A stretch of 64,000 nt of DNA from NCBI GenBank assembly GCA_000091205.1, contig AP006487.2. The stretch is one strand, 5' to 3'. The notes below the pieces were generated by a model that was not told the DNA's origin, did no database searches, and saw only the letters and a list, made by a program, of their open reading frames with translations. This DNA is from Cyanidioschyzon merolae (Eukaryota). Both the position numbers and the translations under genes were made by a program. Positions 34,518 to 46,589 of the stretch are shown piece by piece (the stretch's first letter is position 1; the number at the start of each line of letters is the position of its first letter).

Positions 34518-35606
34518 GTGTCTTTAAACCTACCAGCGTTTCTCATGGTTGATTTTCACTTGCTGCTCTCGCGACTTTGGGAAAAGCTCGTGCTGACAGG
34601 ACCGGTCACACTCTGCGTAGGTTTGCAGCTGCTGACAACTTTTCGCTCATTTCGGCAGAGTGAAGGTGACCTACTGCTTCGAATTCTTCGCCTGGCCACA
34701 TATGAGCTGCCTTTCTTTATGAATCTCGTCTTTTGGACTTGTACTGCGCTTGCTGCCACGTTGAGCTCCTCGAGCTACACAGATCGCGGCAACTTTCACA
34801 GATCCTCCGTCGCGAGCTTCTCTCTTGGTCTTTTCGTTTTCGTGGATTCTACAAGGTTCATTTTCGAGCACTTGGAAGGGAGTATTTTTCAGAAACGACG
34901 CCTAGCGAGGCCCGTTCAACCCGCGAATGACCCGCACGCTGTTTATATTCACCTAGCATGTATAGCTGTATGTTTAGTATACATCTTCACTTCATTCTGG
35001 AAGAAATGGGGAGTTTTATCGAGTGATGTTACTTTTGTGAACTTTTTCACAGCGCTGATTGTTATCTATGTCAATCGCATCTCATTGGAATTGGCTTGCA
35101 CTGCGCAACAAGCAAACAGTGTCGAGTTTTTCGCCGGATGCGAACTAGCAACAAAACGAGTCCTATTACATGGAATGATATCAGCGATTCTCGGTTTTGC
35201 TGTCATGTGGTTTAATATGCTGCCGATTCTCATGGTAGTCCCTTCAAAACGAACCACGAGACTTGAAATAGCGATCAAGCGTGTCGCAGCACTTCCGGGG
35301 TGCCGTAGAATCATTAGCGCGCTCCTCTGGCGTAACTTAGAGGGGCACTGGGAGGCAGCTGTTTCCATGGCAGTTTGTGATGAACTCAGTCAGCACTTGG
35401 TAGCATCATTGGCAAGGGGTTGCATGAAATCATGCGCAGACGATGTGACATCCATGGCGGTTCTAGAAAGAGAGAACGCTGTGCCCGTCCGTGAAAGTCG
35501 CCAAACTTGTGAGCGCTCTTTCGGTACAGAGCACTTTTTAGATATTGAGCAAGCAAAATCAATTCCGACCGCCTCAACGTGTCTCATGCATAATCATGCG
35601 GAGTAG
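34518..35606 (+). CDS. Hypothetical multi-pass membrane protein
   Basis: 362-aa ORF with several hydrophobic segments (LVFWTCTALAATL, FSLGLFVFV, CIAVCLVYIFTSFW, FFTALIVIYV, ISAILGFAVMWFNMLPILMVV). No family was recognised. Confidence 0.35.
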   Translation: MSLNLPAFLMVDFHLLLSRLWEKLVLTGPVTLCVGLQLLTTFRSFRQSEGDLLLRILRLATYELPFFMNLVFWTCTALAATLSSSSYTDRGNFHRSSVASFSLGLFVFVDSTRFIFEHLEGSIFQKRRLARPVQPANDPHAVYIHLACIAVCLVYIFTSFWKKWGVLSSDVTFVNFFTALIVIYVNRISLELACTAQQANSVEFFAGCELATKRVLLHGMISAILGFAVMWFNMLPILMVVPSKRTTRLEIAIKRVAALPGCRRIISALLWRNLEGHWEAAVSMAVCDELSQHLVASLARGCMKSCADDVTSMAVLERENAVPVRESRQTCERSFGTEHFLDIEQAKSIPTASTCLMHNHAE

Positions 35607-36214
35607 AGAACGAATCTTGCTGCCAGCTCATCGATTTCGTGTCCGGGTCTAAAAGAACACAATTATTTGCGCGATCCAAAAGTCTAATACACGGTACGAA
35701 TTAAATTGTGCGCGCTGCGAGAAAACTAGGCGAGTTTTTCGATTTTTACAGTTACCATCCGGGTGATTTCCATGTATTGAACAGAGTCGCTGGCTATCGA
35801 ATATATAGGGAATCATGCAAGTAACAAGTGAACATTAGACAGAATGCCTATCCCTTAAATGGTTTACCAAATGTCGCGATGGCGCTTCTCAAATCTTCTG
35901 TGATCTTTGGAGTGGAAAGCAAACAGGTCTTTTTTACTTTTGCGAAAGGTTTTCCATGTTTCGCAGCTGCTTGTTTAGCGCATTTACTCGTATTTTGTGG
36001 ATTTTTAAGTTTTCTCTTCTCTGAAGCCTTTTGAGGACCCTGTTTACGGATTGCACGAGTTCTAGCAGTTCGATTATTCGTGCAAGATTTGCTTGGACAT
36101 CGTGCTTCGTATATTCCTTTCTTGGTGCCCAAAAACTCAGCTGACCTCTATACTGTTTAGAATTTTTCCGCGATGGCTTGAATCCTCAAAATCCAGAGAG
36201 GGCGCTACTGGTTT

Positions 36215-37171
36215 GTGAATTTCGTTCCTAAATTTACGGCGGTTATTTGTTGTTCTGAAGCCGTGAGGCCTCTCCTATATACTTTCGGACGCACCAAGTT
36301 TCTGCACTTTCGAACTTTCTGTCGAGACTCCGTTGGGGTTGGAATTGCAAAGCCTTCGAACTGTAGCGAAGCATACTTGAATACCGTGGGTGAGTCGGCG
36401 GAGATGTTTACTAACTTACTCGTATCTTCAAGAGTTTTTGTCAAAGGTCACGCACAGATCGAGCGCGGGAGGCCGGAAAAGCTGCTGCTTAGACGCCCAT
36501 ACGGGACGAAAGCACCTCATAAAGGTTCTCTCTTGTTTCTATTGAGTGAAGTTGCAGATGAGAAACCCAACCGAGATAGTGAGGAAAAATTCTCTTTTGG
36601 TTACCTTCGCTCGTCGGAGGAGGACCCGAAGCCAGAGAGTCAATTGGCGGAAATCCGAGACTTTCTGCCACCAACGCTACGGGAATATGTCGATTTCACA
36701 AACTCAGAAGCGAAACGAAACCTAGACTTAACAGAAAAGAATCTTGATATGAAAGCTATTTTGAAACCCAAGTCTCGACCGCCTGACACGAGGCAATTTG
36801 ACATTTCGTTGTATTCCATCGCAGAACTCGCGGAGGACTATCATGTGCCACCCGAGTGGCTGATCGAAGTCCTTGTGGATATTGGTCTTGATCTTCCAAT
36901 ACGGCTCTCTGATACTCTTACTGACTTGGGCGCCTCAGACGACGATATCCAAGAGCTTATCAATCGATTGCATGGAGTGAGCCGCGAAGATGTTCTTGAC
37001 TGGTATACAGATGAGACTCTTGAGGAGTATGCCACAGAGTACGGAGTCGATCTCGACGAAATGCTTGCAGCAGCAGCCGAGGTGGGAATTTTATTATCGA
37101 TGGGCCCTTTGACGAGAATTCGGCGTGAGCAGCGGACACAGCTTTTTAAACGACTTGGCATATTCACATGA
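36215..37171 (+). CDS. Hypothetical acidic protein
   Basis: 318-aa ORF with an Asp/Glu-rich C-terminal half (DYHVPPEWLIEVLVDIGLDLP...DDDIQELINRLHG...). No family was recognised. Its stop lies 25 bp from the stop of the convergent WD40 gene. Confidence 0.35.
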   Translation: MNFVPKFTAVICCSEAVRPLLYTFGRTKFLHFRTFCRDSVGVGIAKPSNCSEAYLNTVGESAEMFTNLLVSSRVFVKGHAQIERGRPEKLLLRRPYGTKAPHKGSLLFLLSEVADEKPNRDSEEKFSFGYLRSSEEDPKPESQLAEIRDFLPPTLREYVDFTNSEAKRNLDLTEKNLDMKAILKPKSRPPDTRQFDISLYSIAELAEDYHVPPEWLIEVLVDIGLDLPIRLSDTLTDLGASDDDIQELINRLHGVSREDVLDWYTDETLEEYATEYGVDLDEMLAAAAEVGILLSMGPLTRIRREQRTQLFKRLGIFT

Positions 37172-37195
37172 CCAAAAAAGATAGAGACTGCAAAA

Positions 37196-39043
37196 TCACC
37201 AGGCAATTCTCTGGACGGTTCCATCTGCTCCTCCTGTTAGAAGGGACCCATTCTTTTCTAACGGAGAACATCTAAGGACTGCTTTCCCTGCATGAGCATC
37301 GGGCTTTTCCCAAAGCATAGCCGCAGCACGATTCTGAAACTGGGACTCTGTTGGTATGCACCGCAGGTCCCATGCCCGAACTGCGCCATCGTAACCAACC
37401 GAAAAAATCGCCTCCGTTCCCTGGTAATGCCCAGACTCTGGAATCCGGGTAAGCAAAGCAACATCTGAAATGAATGTTTTCCCGTGAGCTGCTCTAAGAG
37501 TCGCGCCCTTCGTTTTTCCCACAGGGGCTTCTCTTGGATCCAGCAAACGTATGCTTCCGTCTACGCAACCAACGATAAGCAAGTTATCGTAAGAGTTTTC
37601 AGCATTTGCGGCTTTCCATGATACGAAACAATTTGGCCTAGTTCCAGCAAGGAGCATCTCGTGCACGCAAGCGCACTGCTCTACGTCCCAGATACGAACG
37701 GAACCATCCCAGGAGGCGCTGCAGACTAAAGCAGCGCTCCCCTGGCTCGACGATAACCAGCGTACACAACGTATAGGGCTGCCAGACCCATGGCCTTGTA
37801 AGCCGACGATCGATGTAACGGTTGCTTTCGCACCTCGGCTCTCAAAACCGTTGGCAGGGCCTTTTGCCAGAATTATCGTCTCAGCGGCGTCGGTTGACGC
37901 AGTGATATCCCAGCGGAATGCAGCGACGCTGCCTCTAGAATCTCCATAGGTGACCCAGCTACCTGCAGTCTCCACATCAATGGATTCGATTGAGGCTCTC
38001 TGACGCACTAGAGCGGAGGTGCTCGAATCCCGAAGGAGAGTTTGCGAAAAGGCTAGAGGCGTGCACTGTGCCGCCTCTTGCTCGAACGAAAAGATTACGA
38101 TATTTCCTGACAGGGTCCCTGCTGCGAGATATTCCGAACCTGTTAGAAATGAGCCTTTCTGTTGTAGCCTTGGATAGTCGGAAGAAACGAGACCCGCTGG
38201 CTGCTTCAAGCGCCCACCAGTCGCGTGTGTCATCCGTTCGGAAAAACCGATTGTCCGTGAATCCTTGCTCGCGAGCCCTGCCCTTTCGTCAGCTTCGCCT
38301 CTGGAAGGACTCGTTCGTTTCGATTCATCTTTGTCAACGGGTTTCATGGATGCCACAGTCAAATGCCTTGACATGTTTCGCTGTTTCGGATCCGGCTTTG
38401 CTTCCGGATCCTCCCAAGCAAAGGCCACCTCGGGTCGGGTGAACCATGCGAGCGCTCGAACCTGTTCTTGCAAGTGCGACTCGTCAAGCGTCAGTCGCCG
38501 CATGACCTCAACTGAGGGGCCGAAGAGCTCCAGGAGGCCACCTTTTCCACCGAGGCCGTAGTAGGCGACGATTTCAACGTCATCCGAGCGGGAACCCTGT
38601 CTTTTCAAGCATGACAAGCTCCAAACCCAGTTATTATTGCCGTCTATTTCGGCTAAAGTTTCTTCTTGTCGGGGTTCCGCGTGGCAGAGAAAGTATTCTA
38701 CGTGTAGCGTTGTCTCAAGCGGGATACCTCTGCGTTCGCAAAACTTCCCCAACGGGGCCCTTAGTAGGCTCCCTGTCAGCCTGGAGCTCAAGCTAGACTC
38801 CCTCTGTACACGCTGTCGTACTGGTGGCTCCCCGTAAACAACGAAATCGAAAAGGAGCCTGTCATCGCCGCTCTCTAACACCGGAATACCAAAAAGCTCT
38901 CTAAGAATGTTCTCTAAACCCTTGCGTCCGAAAGAGACAGGGACTCTTATCTCCAGCCCATCAGCATGCGCATACTTTGCCACCCCGGAGACGTCATAGA
39001 AACGAAGTTGAACACTATCTGGGACCATAGCGTTCGAGGACAC
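37196..39043 (-). CDS. WD40-repeat protein
   Basis: 615-aa ORF with several WD-like repeats (SWDGSVRIWD, GYDGAVRAWD, GCVDGSIRLLD) and a C-terminal GADGTVQRIAW. The specific orthology is unknown. Confidence 0.65.
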   Translation of the reverse strand: MSSNAMVPDSVQLRFYDVSGVAKYAHADGLEIRVPVSFGRKGLENILRELFGIPVLESGDDRLLFDFVVYGEPPVRQRVQRESSLSSRLTGSLLRAPLGKFCERRGIPLETTLHVEYFLCHAEPRQEETLAEIDGNNNWVWSLSCLKRQGSRSDDVEIVAYYGLGGKGGLLELFGPSVEVMRRLTLDESHLQEQVRALAWFTRPEVAFAWEDPEAKPDPKQRNMSRHLTVASMKPVDKDESKRTSPSRGEADERAGLASKDSRTIGFSERMTHATGGRLKQPAGLVSSDYPRLQQKGSFLTGSEYLAAGTLSGNIVIFSFEQEAAQCTPLAFSQTLLRDSSTSALVRQRASIESIDVETAGSWVTYGDSRGSVAAFRWDITASTDAAETIILAKGPANGFESRGAKATVTSIVGLQGHGSGSPIRCVRWLSSSQGSAALVCSASWDGSVRIWDVEQCACVHEMLLAGTRPNCFVSWKAANAENSYDNLLIVGCVDGSIRLLDPREAPVGKTKGATLRAAHGKTFISDVALLTRIPESGHYQGTEAIFSVGYDGAVRAWDLRCIPTESQFQNRAAAMLWEKPDAHAGKAVLRCSPLEKNGSLLTGGADGTVQRIAW

Positions 39044-39134
39044 CGACTGCTATCGGGACGCCAAACGGCGCCATCAAATTTCAGACTGAGACTGCATTTA
39101 CAGATCACTGGTGGAGCGAAATAGTTTCTGTTCT

Positions 39135-40340
39135 TTCTAGGATAGACTAATATCCACCCGCGGACGCCTCCCGCCCTTTTTTGGTCGCTCCCCTACTACC
39201 GATTCCAGCTTCTCCTTGCACATGTAAACCCTAAGAGGCTATCCCACGTGGTTTGGTCGCTTCAGCTCCTTGGGTCTCGTCTTCAGCACCGCACATCGTC
39301 TGATGCTGCTAGCGGCATTGGAGTCCCTGCTCACGAACTCCAAGCTTGCTCTACCTCTGATGGAAGTCATTCACTGAAGGATTCTTCGAACTCGCGCCGT
39401 CAGTGCTACTTCCTGCTCTGTCAGCTCTCCGTGCTTTTCTATCGCAGAAGCGCTCCGCTGGGTTCTCTCCATCTCGACCTTCTGAAGCGTACACCACAGA
39501 GCATCCCCTCGATTTTTAAAACGAACACAGTTGTTTCTGACCTTATAAACGGACATTTCCGGAGGGAGAAGCACTTGCACAAGGAAGACGGGAATTGCCA
39601 CGGTGTCATCGTGTGCTGAACGCCTCAGTGATTTGCCCGGTGGAGCGATCATTACGTTACGCGACCGAAAATCTTTCTCCGATAGGCTTGAACCATAGAG
39701 CGTACGTAGGACTCAACCAGCTCTTCTCCCCGATAGCATCGGCAAAAGACAAAACGCAAGGTGAATGGTGAAATGCCATGTTTCCAGTAGAAAGACATCG
39801 CCAGACGTCAGGGGAAAGTCTTGAATGATTCAAGGAATTGGGCGCTTTCGTATGAGCTTTCTCTACGAGCGAAGCTGATAGCGCCAAATGAATCCACTGC
39901 AGCTAGAACAGTTGGTAAGCTCGTTCTCTACGAGCTCGCTCGTACACCGAACGGACTCCATCTCCGCGAATAACCAAAAACGCTCTCACCGTTCCGTCTG
40001 AAGAAGCCTTATCGACTGGAAAAACAAACCATCGTCCCTCTGCTTCATATCGATCGCCGAGTTCCGAGAAAGCTGTCGTTGCGATTTTGATGGAAGATGG
40101 CCGTGCGTTGACTAGGACTTTTGTTGCGACTGCATTCCAGTGTTTCCACGGCCACACAAATAAGCTGGTGAGAAACAGTGACGCCCCTGGGAGCCTTCCA
40201 TCGTCGCTTTTGCTCTCCATCAGGTGGTCAGCGGGTCGTTTTCTACCATCGACCGCAAGCACGCTTTGAGGGTATCTGTTTTTGCAGAGCAGCGCATCTA
40301 TTTCTTTCTTTCAGTGTTCCTCAATAATCTGAATACTGTG
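39135..40340 (-). mobile_element. Family F copy F6: Tc1-like relic with a degraded TnpB/Fanzor-like 3' region
   Basis: Minus strand: ...WFVFPVDKASSDGTVRAFLVIRGDGVRSVYER (first D block, D to K variant). Its 3' terminus, read on the minus strand, is ...AAGGAGAAGCTGGAATCGGTAG...AAAAAAGGGCGGGAGGCGTCCGCGGGTGGATATTAGTCTA. This matches the conserved F terminal module. Confidence 0.5.
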
Positions 40341-41248
40341 CCATGACTGGCACGAAGGAGGATTGCAGTGCTCTGTGCACTGTACAGTCAAGATATATAT
40401 CCTACAGGCAATTCTTCTACGAGATATGCGGTACACTGCATCAATAGTTCGATCTCCAGTTATCCACCGCTGTAGCGGTGGTACAAAATGGATTTAAAAG
40501 ACTACAAGTGCAAGCTGCGCGCCATTTACCCGCTCGGTAATCCCTTTAGCATTTGTTCTGACATCGCTGAACGATGGCAGGTTTGCGCGAAAACCGACTC
40601 GTGTCGAGTATATTCCGCGGCGCACATCTAGTCAATGTGGCTTTCTATTCGCTTGCTTAATTCTGAGGAGCGTGTTGCGGAATCCGCATAGAATCCCTCC
40701 CAAGACAAACCCGATGCTTCACATACCGTTGAAGCAGACAGGGACCTCGTACTGCCTTGCTTACTCGATACCACCGAAGGAAAGCCCTCTTTGCAGACAG
40801 TTAATGATCGTCATATCTGTTGCCAATGAGTTGTTCTGCTTGCATGTATAGAACAGTGTCCGCAAATAGTTGTTTGATCGTGACAGGTACGGAGTCGTTG
40901 ATTGTAATGTGACGCTTTACTTCGGCCCCAAACTTCCGCTTCAATAGCCCCTTTGAGATGTTTCAACTCTAAAGGTGCACAGCTTAGAGGGGCTGCCTGC
41001 TTCCATTTTTCCATAGGGTACACTTTCTTCGCCGTACTATTGCCGGAGAATCTTCCGCGCTCGCCGCAACTCGTCGACTTGATTGCAACCAACACAGCAG
41101 CACCCCCAGCACTTTCAGCACTCCCAGCACAGAAGGTTCAGCGCGACGTCTTGCTATTAATGGAAATCGGATAAATGTCACCAGATGCCTATTTTGTTTA
41201 GAGAGACATTTTTATGAACGATGGAAAAATTTTGCGTCCGCGGAGTTA

Positions 41249-43096
41249 TTAGCCCTTAATGACAGCCACAGGTCGCAATTTCACACATTTGCAGCTTATT
41301 CCCGCTGCATGGCACGTATTGACAACTTCTGTGACGTCCTTGTAACTCTCCGGCGCCTCTTCTGAAACGAGCTTTGGTGAAGCAACTCGAATGCTGATGC
41401 CTTTCCGCTCCAGGTTTTCAAGCACTTGGTGATAGTCGAGTTTTCGACGGCTCTCGTTCCTCGATCGTGCGCGCCCTGCACCGTGACAGGTGGAACCGAA
41501 CGTCTCAGCCATCGCTCGCTCCGTTCCCGTGAGTACGTAACTGCAAGTGCCCATCGTTCCACCCACTAACACGGGTTGTCCAGTTTCCTGGTAGGAGATC
41601 GGCATCAACGGGTGATATGGAGGAAAGGCACGCGTTGCTCCCTTGCGGTGAACAAGCAGCTCCACTGGGCGTCCATCAACTAGATGCTCCTCAAATTTCG
41701 CGATGTTGTGAGAAACGTCATATACAACATGCATATCCAGATCATCAGGAGATGAGTTAAACGTTTTTGCGAAGGCTTGGCGAGCAAGGAACGTCATTGA
41801 GGATCGATTCACCCACGCAAAGTTCGCTGCTGCCGCCATAGCAGCGATATAATCCTGACCTTCTCTTGAATTAATTCGAGCGCAAGCCAGTTGCCGGTCA
41901 TTCACCTGTATCCGATCACGATTCATCGCTCGTTCCATTTCAACTAGAGCATCAGTTGCCACCTGGTGGCCAAGCCCGCGGCTCCCCGAATGTATCATTA
42001 CCACAACCTGACAAAGCTCTTCAATTCCCATTTTTTTCGCAGCAGCCTGATCAAAAATTTCATCAACAATCTGTATTTCTGCATAGTGATTTCCTGCTCC
42101 AAGAGTGCCGAGTTGGGGCAAGCCTCTCTTTTTCGCCCGAGCGCTTACCTTTTCCGGATTTGCCCGAAGCATACGCCCATACTCCTCGCAGTGCTCTTTG
42201 TCTTCCGCCCATGAATAGCCTTCGCGTAGTGACCAATCCATGCCGCTGGCCAGCGCCTCCTCGAGGTCTCGAGACGTTGTTGGAATAATACCACGAGAGC
42301 CGACACCCACTGGAAGGTGATCGAAAAGTGCCTGAGCTACTTGCTCTCGCACAGGTTGTAGATCGTTCTCGAAGAGATTCGTGCGCAGAAGCCTCACTCC
42401 GCAGTTGATATCGAACCCGACGCCGCCGGGAGAAACGACTGCCTCAGGATCATCAGTGCGAAACGCAGCGACGTTGCCAATGGCGAATCCATAGCCACTG
42501 TGCAAGTCCGGCATCGCAAGGGAGTAGCCAACTATTCCGGGGAGGCTAGCTACGTTAGCGACTTGTTTAACGGCCGGAAGGAAACTGCCCGCACTGCCTC
42601 TTCCGCACGCAACCCGGAGCTCCTCGAAAACGAGTTCTTCTAAACTTTCATTCACGTAAAACGCCCCGTCGACTCTCATGTTCGGCACAAAACCCTTTTC
42701 GATTTCGTACCGTGTCTCTGAAACTTTTCGAATGTACTTCTTTTCTTCCTCATAATCGCGGAAACGCATTCTATGGAGGATCTTTGCGTTGTACGAGTCT
42801 AGACAGGAATGTAGTACAACTCGTGTATCGAATATCGCCATTTCATGCCGGTTGTCGGCTGCTGCAAATGTCCTGTGCAACCTCATCAGCTCGGCATGCC
42901 CCCGGAAGTCGTACATGGCTGGCACGCTTTCGCTCCTCGACAAGGTGATTTTGTTCTTCGGGAAAACGCATCTCAGTGAGAGTGGCTGAACTGGTGTTTT
43001 TGGAGCTCGAAACAGACGCAGCCTGGAAAGGTCTTGCTGCTGGTGGGCTTGGGCTGCCCCGTGTTCAGGCGCCGGCAACAGTTCGTTGCGGTCCAA
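41249..43096 (-). CDS. RTCB: RNA-splicing ligase RtcB (tRNA-splicing ligase HSPC117 homolog) with an N-terminal extension of about 120 aa
   Basis: 615-aa ORF. From ...[31 protein letters not shown] it aligns to eukaryotic RtcB. Conserved blocks are present: [61 protein letters not shown] and CHGAGR. Confidence 0.9.
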   Translation of the reverse strand: MDRNELLPAPEHGAAQAHQQQDLSRLRLFRAPKTPVQPLSLRCVFPKNKITLSRSESVPAMYDFRGHAELMRLHRTFAAADNRHEMAIFDTRVVLHSCLDSYNAKILHRMRFRDYEEEKKYIRKVSETRYEIEKGFVPNMRVDGAFYVNESLEELVFEELRVACGRGSAGSFLPAVKQVANVASLPGIVGYSLAMPDLHSGYGFAIGNVAAFRTDDPEAVVSPGGVGFDINCGVRLLRTNLFENDLQPVREQVAQALFDHLPVGVGSRGIIPTTSRDLEEALASGMDWSLREGYSWAEDKEHCEEYGRMLRANPEKVSARAKKRGLPQLGTLGAGNHYAEIQIVDEIFDQAAAKKMGIEELCQVVVMIHSGSRGLGHQVATDALVEMERAMNRDRIQVNDRQLACARINSREGQDYIAAMAAAANFAWVNRSSMTFLARQAFAKTFNSSPDDLDMHVVYDVSHNIAKFEEHLVDGRPVELLVHRKGATRAFPPYHPLMPISYQETGQPVLVGGTMGTCSYVLTGTERAMAETFGSTCHGAGRARSRNESRRKLDYHQVLENLERKGISIRVASPKLVSEEAPESYKDVTEVVNTCHAAGISCKCVKLRPVAVIKG

Positions 43097-43639
43097 GCGG
43101 CAGACTCATCAGTTGTGCTTGACTGCCGGACTTTAGCAGCTCTGGCCACTATGGCCGGACTCACAAAGGGTGGATCTGATCAAAGATCATAGTCAAGGCG
43201 AACGCTTTTGCGAGCCAACCTGTTAACAGTTCCAAGGCCTGAACAGAGCGGCGCTCTGCACGGAGTTCGTCTGCAGATGCGGGCATTCGACTCACTGCGC
43301 TTACTTAGGTCTTGTTTAAAACTATTGAACGTGAGGAGAACATGAAATGCGAGACTCGCTTGGCAAGAGAGGATGCAGAAGCGTACTACTGCCCGATACC
43401 ACGCACAGGAGCCATCGAGGAAACGAACATGGTCCTAGCAACCGCTGCAAGCACTTACATTCATATCGGAGTCAAATGAAAACGGCCTGCTTTGCTGACC
43501 TGGGCGTCAAGTTAGAGTCATTTCCAACTGTCACCGAAACCTGGCTATGTGAACGTTTTGGGACGCAGCCCTTTTCATCTCTATTAATTCTGGTTTAAGA
43601 TACGCTAGTCTCCCCCGTCCCTCCCGCTTTGTTATAAGC

Positions 43640-44824
43640 GGTCGAAATTTGAGGTTGGCAGTATTCAAGTCTCGATTTCGCAGTTTCCCGCTTCTGTCGA
43701 CGCATTGATGCACATGCGAAAGTTGCGATCTACGCATCTCTTGCTAATTGCATCTTCTTTGTATACAGTCTCGCTGCGTTTTCGCAGCCGTGACATTTGA
43801 TTGCGATCAGATGGTCCGATGTGCTACTCACATTTCCTTCATCGAGTGCCGCAGCATGGCGCGAGAAGGCTTCCTTCATCGCTCAGTACATGGCTTTGAC
43901 GAGCGCAGAAGTATTCCCGCGTTGCACTCCTCCGATTCCGCGGCCGGTACGGTATCCTTCGATCACGGTTTCTTCTGAGCTATCCTTTCAGTGATAAACC
44001 TGTCCGCTGCACACGCAAGCGCACGCTGGTCAGTTCGATCGGGGATTTATCTAACGCGTGGCTGTGTATGATGGAACAAGTTCCTACAGAAACATCTCGG
44101 CTGGAGAGCAGCTCGAGAAAATTCGGTCCGTCTTCGCTGCCCTCCTGCGTAGCGGCGACGCACTCTCCGTGGGAATCGATAGCTGCAATGCCTGAAGTCG
44201 GAGTCCAAGATCATTATCCATGGATACAGAGACGACGCGAGCCTCTGCATCCATGTTCTGTTCGAGGGATCATGCTGCCATCGATTAACTCTTCGTCAAT
44301 GGCCGCAAGGAGAGGAAATTTTGCCTCCCGAGAGAAAAAGAGATCATCTGAAGTGACGTTTTCAGTGAACTTCCGACATAGGATTGTGAAGAAGGCCTTT
44401 GGGGCTATTGTCGAGCATGATTCCTCTTCAATCCAGCGGCGCACGCTGCGGCGCCCGGGAGTCGCCTTGGAACAGAAAGATCGAAAACTTGAAGACCGCA
44501 TGATTCGCGCATGCCACAAGTGAGGAAAACAGAATCGTGGATGCTTGAAAGTACAAATCGGGTAACTGTATCGGAAGCTTTACGAGCCATTAGTCGAAGG
44601 TGCTACGAATCACCTTGATTCCTGTGACATACCGAAATCCAGAGGCAGAGCGCCGATGGAGCGCCTCCGAGCCTACGACCAAGAATCCTACGAATACGTA
44701 TGAATCCGTGCCCCCTCATTGCTGGCCGTCGAATGTCGGGGCTATTCACTTACCAAAATTTTGGGAAAACGATCAAAAGGCAGGTGCAGTGCGATTAGTA
44801 TTGTGTTCCACAGTGATATGAAAC
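43640..44824 (+). repeat. Composite A/B-superfamily member AB2: a diverged A-like 5' part followed by the B segment
   Basis: 43640-44040 is a diverged homolog of the A-family 5' region (GTCTCGATTTCGCAG...GTCGACGCAT...; MAREGFLHRS versus the family A VAREGFFHRS). 44043-44824 is 99% identical to B1. It is followed immediately by the F3 fragment. Confidence 0.6.
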
Positions 44825-44959
44825 CGGTTCGGAATGAGGAGCACGTGCTCGCGCAGTCTGGATCCCCGGATCGAAAGACGGCTTGATGCAGGTGATGACG
44901 CCTTTCGCCTCAATCGTGTTCCACAATCAGATGCGTGTAACCACATGGGTTTTCGCGTT

Positions 44960-45475
44960 GTATGGCAGATGGGTTAGAAGTGCGTTCATTTTCGAAAACA
45001 AAAAAAAATCCAAGGGAAAGGTATGGACGTGAAATTCGGAGGTCCTGAACCGCCGTCATCGCCAGGTTCGAAGACGAAACGAAACAATCCTCTTCTCGTC
45101 GACCATGAACCGAACAAGAGCAAGTAGTGACCACGATGAAGACGAGAGGATATAAGCGAGAAAAAAGTTTTGCCCAACGGGACGACGACGAGACTGTAAC
45201 GACACAGAGGGCGCGGGTTCGAGGAATCCTCGCACTTATGAGATCAACCAGAAGCAATAAACACATGGCGTTCGTGAACCGAGACTTCGACGCCGCCATC
45301 AATATTGAACGATGTGTTGCGCTGAGGAAAAGACCCGAGGAGCTCGCGCAATCTATCATTGTGGGACAGCCTTTCAGGCTCGAAGTGTGAAGGAGAAGTT
45401 GAAGCCCATAGCAGTCGGTCGGTCAAAAAAGGCTGGACAGCGTCTGCGCATGGGTATTAATTTACCCTGCATGGT
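44960..45475 (+). mobile_element. Family F copy F3: solo 3' fragment carrying only the TnpB/Fanzor-like piece and terminal module
   Basis: ...QRDDDETVTTQRARVRGILALMRSTRSNKHMAFVNRDFDAAINIERCVALRKRPEELAQSIIVGQPFRLEV, then AAGGAGAAGTTGAAGCCCATAGCAG...AAAAAAGGCTGGACAGCGTCTGCGCATGGGTATTAATTTACCCTG. The transposase part is missing. Confidence 0.55.
45127..45390 (+). pseudogene. TnpB/Fanzor-like C-terminal fragment (RuvC-III-like NRDFDAAINI) within F3
   Basis: 87-aa ORF ...HMAFVNRDFDAAINIERCVALRKRPEELAQSIIVGQPFRLEV. The D.NAA.NI pattern is the hallmark RuvC-III motif of TnpB, IscB, Cas12 and Fanzor. The upstream zinc-finger cysteines are mutated (STRSNKH). Confidence 0.5.
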
Positions 45476-46589
45476 CGTCGGACATTTTTTGTTCCGCTGA
45501 TCTTGCGTATGCTCTAAATCGGGTACAGCGCCTAAGCGTGTCGGATCGTGATCCCCTACAGACATCGCGCGCGAAGGTACCCCGAATGCAATTACCGCGT
45601 CATCGATTGGGATTCTCCATTCTGATACGGATTGTTCAGCGAATCAGAACAGCATGGTCGTGAAAAAAAACATACGGGCTCTCGGTGCAGAGCTGCGCAT
45701 GCAAATTTCCCCTGGTCGGAAGTCGCACTCGCATGCGGAATGATACAAGATGCCTGAAAACGGAGTTCTTTGGTGTACCACGCATAGCGGACATCTCGTC
45801 CGAGAGCGTCCATGCATACTTACATTCCATTCTTGTCGTATATCGTGGAGATGATGCAGGCGATACAATTTCCGGCCCTGGAAGACGTTGACAAATTGAC
45901 TTGGAGCTTGCCTGGGAGGGCTTCAAGCAGAGCTTGTCTGTTCCGCGGGCGATAGCAGCCTCGTACGATATTCTTGAGGACCGCTTCATACGGTGGTGCC
46001 TTCCGCTATATCGAAACGGAAATCGGCACTGAGCTTGCTTCCGTTTGTTGAGAAATGAACGAGAAAATAAACGAAACTATAAAGCAGGTAGAAGAACAAG
46101 AGCGCGAAGCAGCCCAGTTTCACTTGGCTTTGCCTCCTCGCCAGCGGAAGCACATTGAACGCACTCGTGCTTTCGAAAACGTGTCGATGCTGCATCCAAC
46201 GTTTGACGTTAAGGTACACCAGAGGGGCTAGCGTTAAACCTACGATCCAGTGGCCGCCAACCAGCAAGACCGCGCACAGTAGTCCCTCTGCAGAATATTC
46301 AGGGACAACGAGCTTGTTCAAGTTTTCTGTAAACTCTATCGGATTTACATAGTCTTGTTCCAAATCTTTGCAAAGAATCAAAAACATAATATTTATGAAC
46401 AAAATCCCAACCGTAAGCGTGAAACTTATGAGCCAATACAATATCTGAAAAGCTATAGACATTGCTTCGATTCAACAAGCGAAATTCAATCCTTTACATT
46501 TGGTTGCGCTGTGTACCAAGTAGTCGAAATCAATATGCGATCCATCCTCTGGATCGAAGGCGAATTGCCTGTAGGATATATGTTTTAAT

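Noticed and set aside
28132-44824. B1 and B2 direct repeats as LTR-like ends of a 16.7-kb composite element
   Set aside because: The interval contains core housekeeping genes (FtsH, WD40, RtcB) on both strands. There are no TSDs and no RT/integrase. B2 is part of a longer A-like element. It is better explained by gene conversion or dispersed copies.
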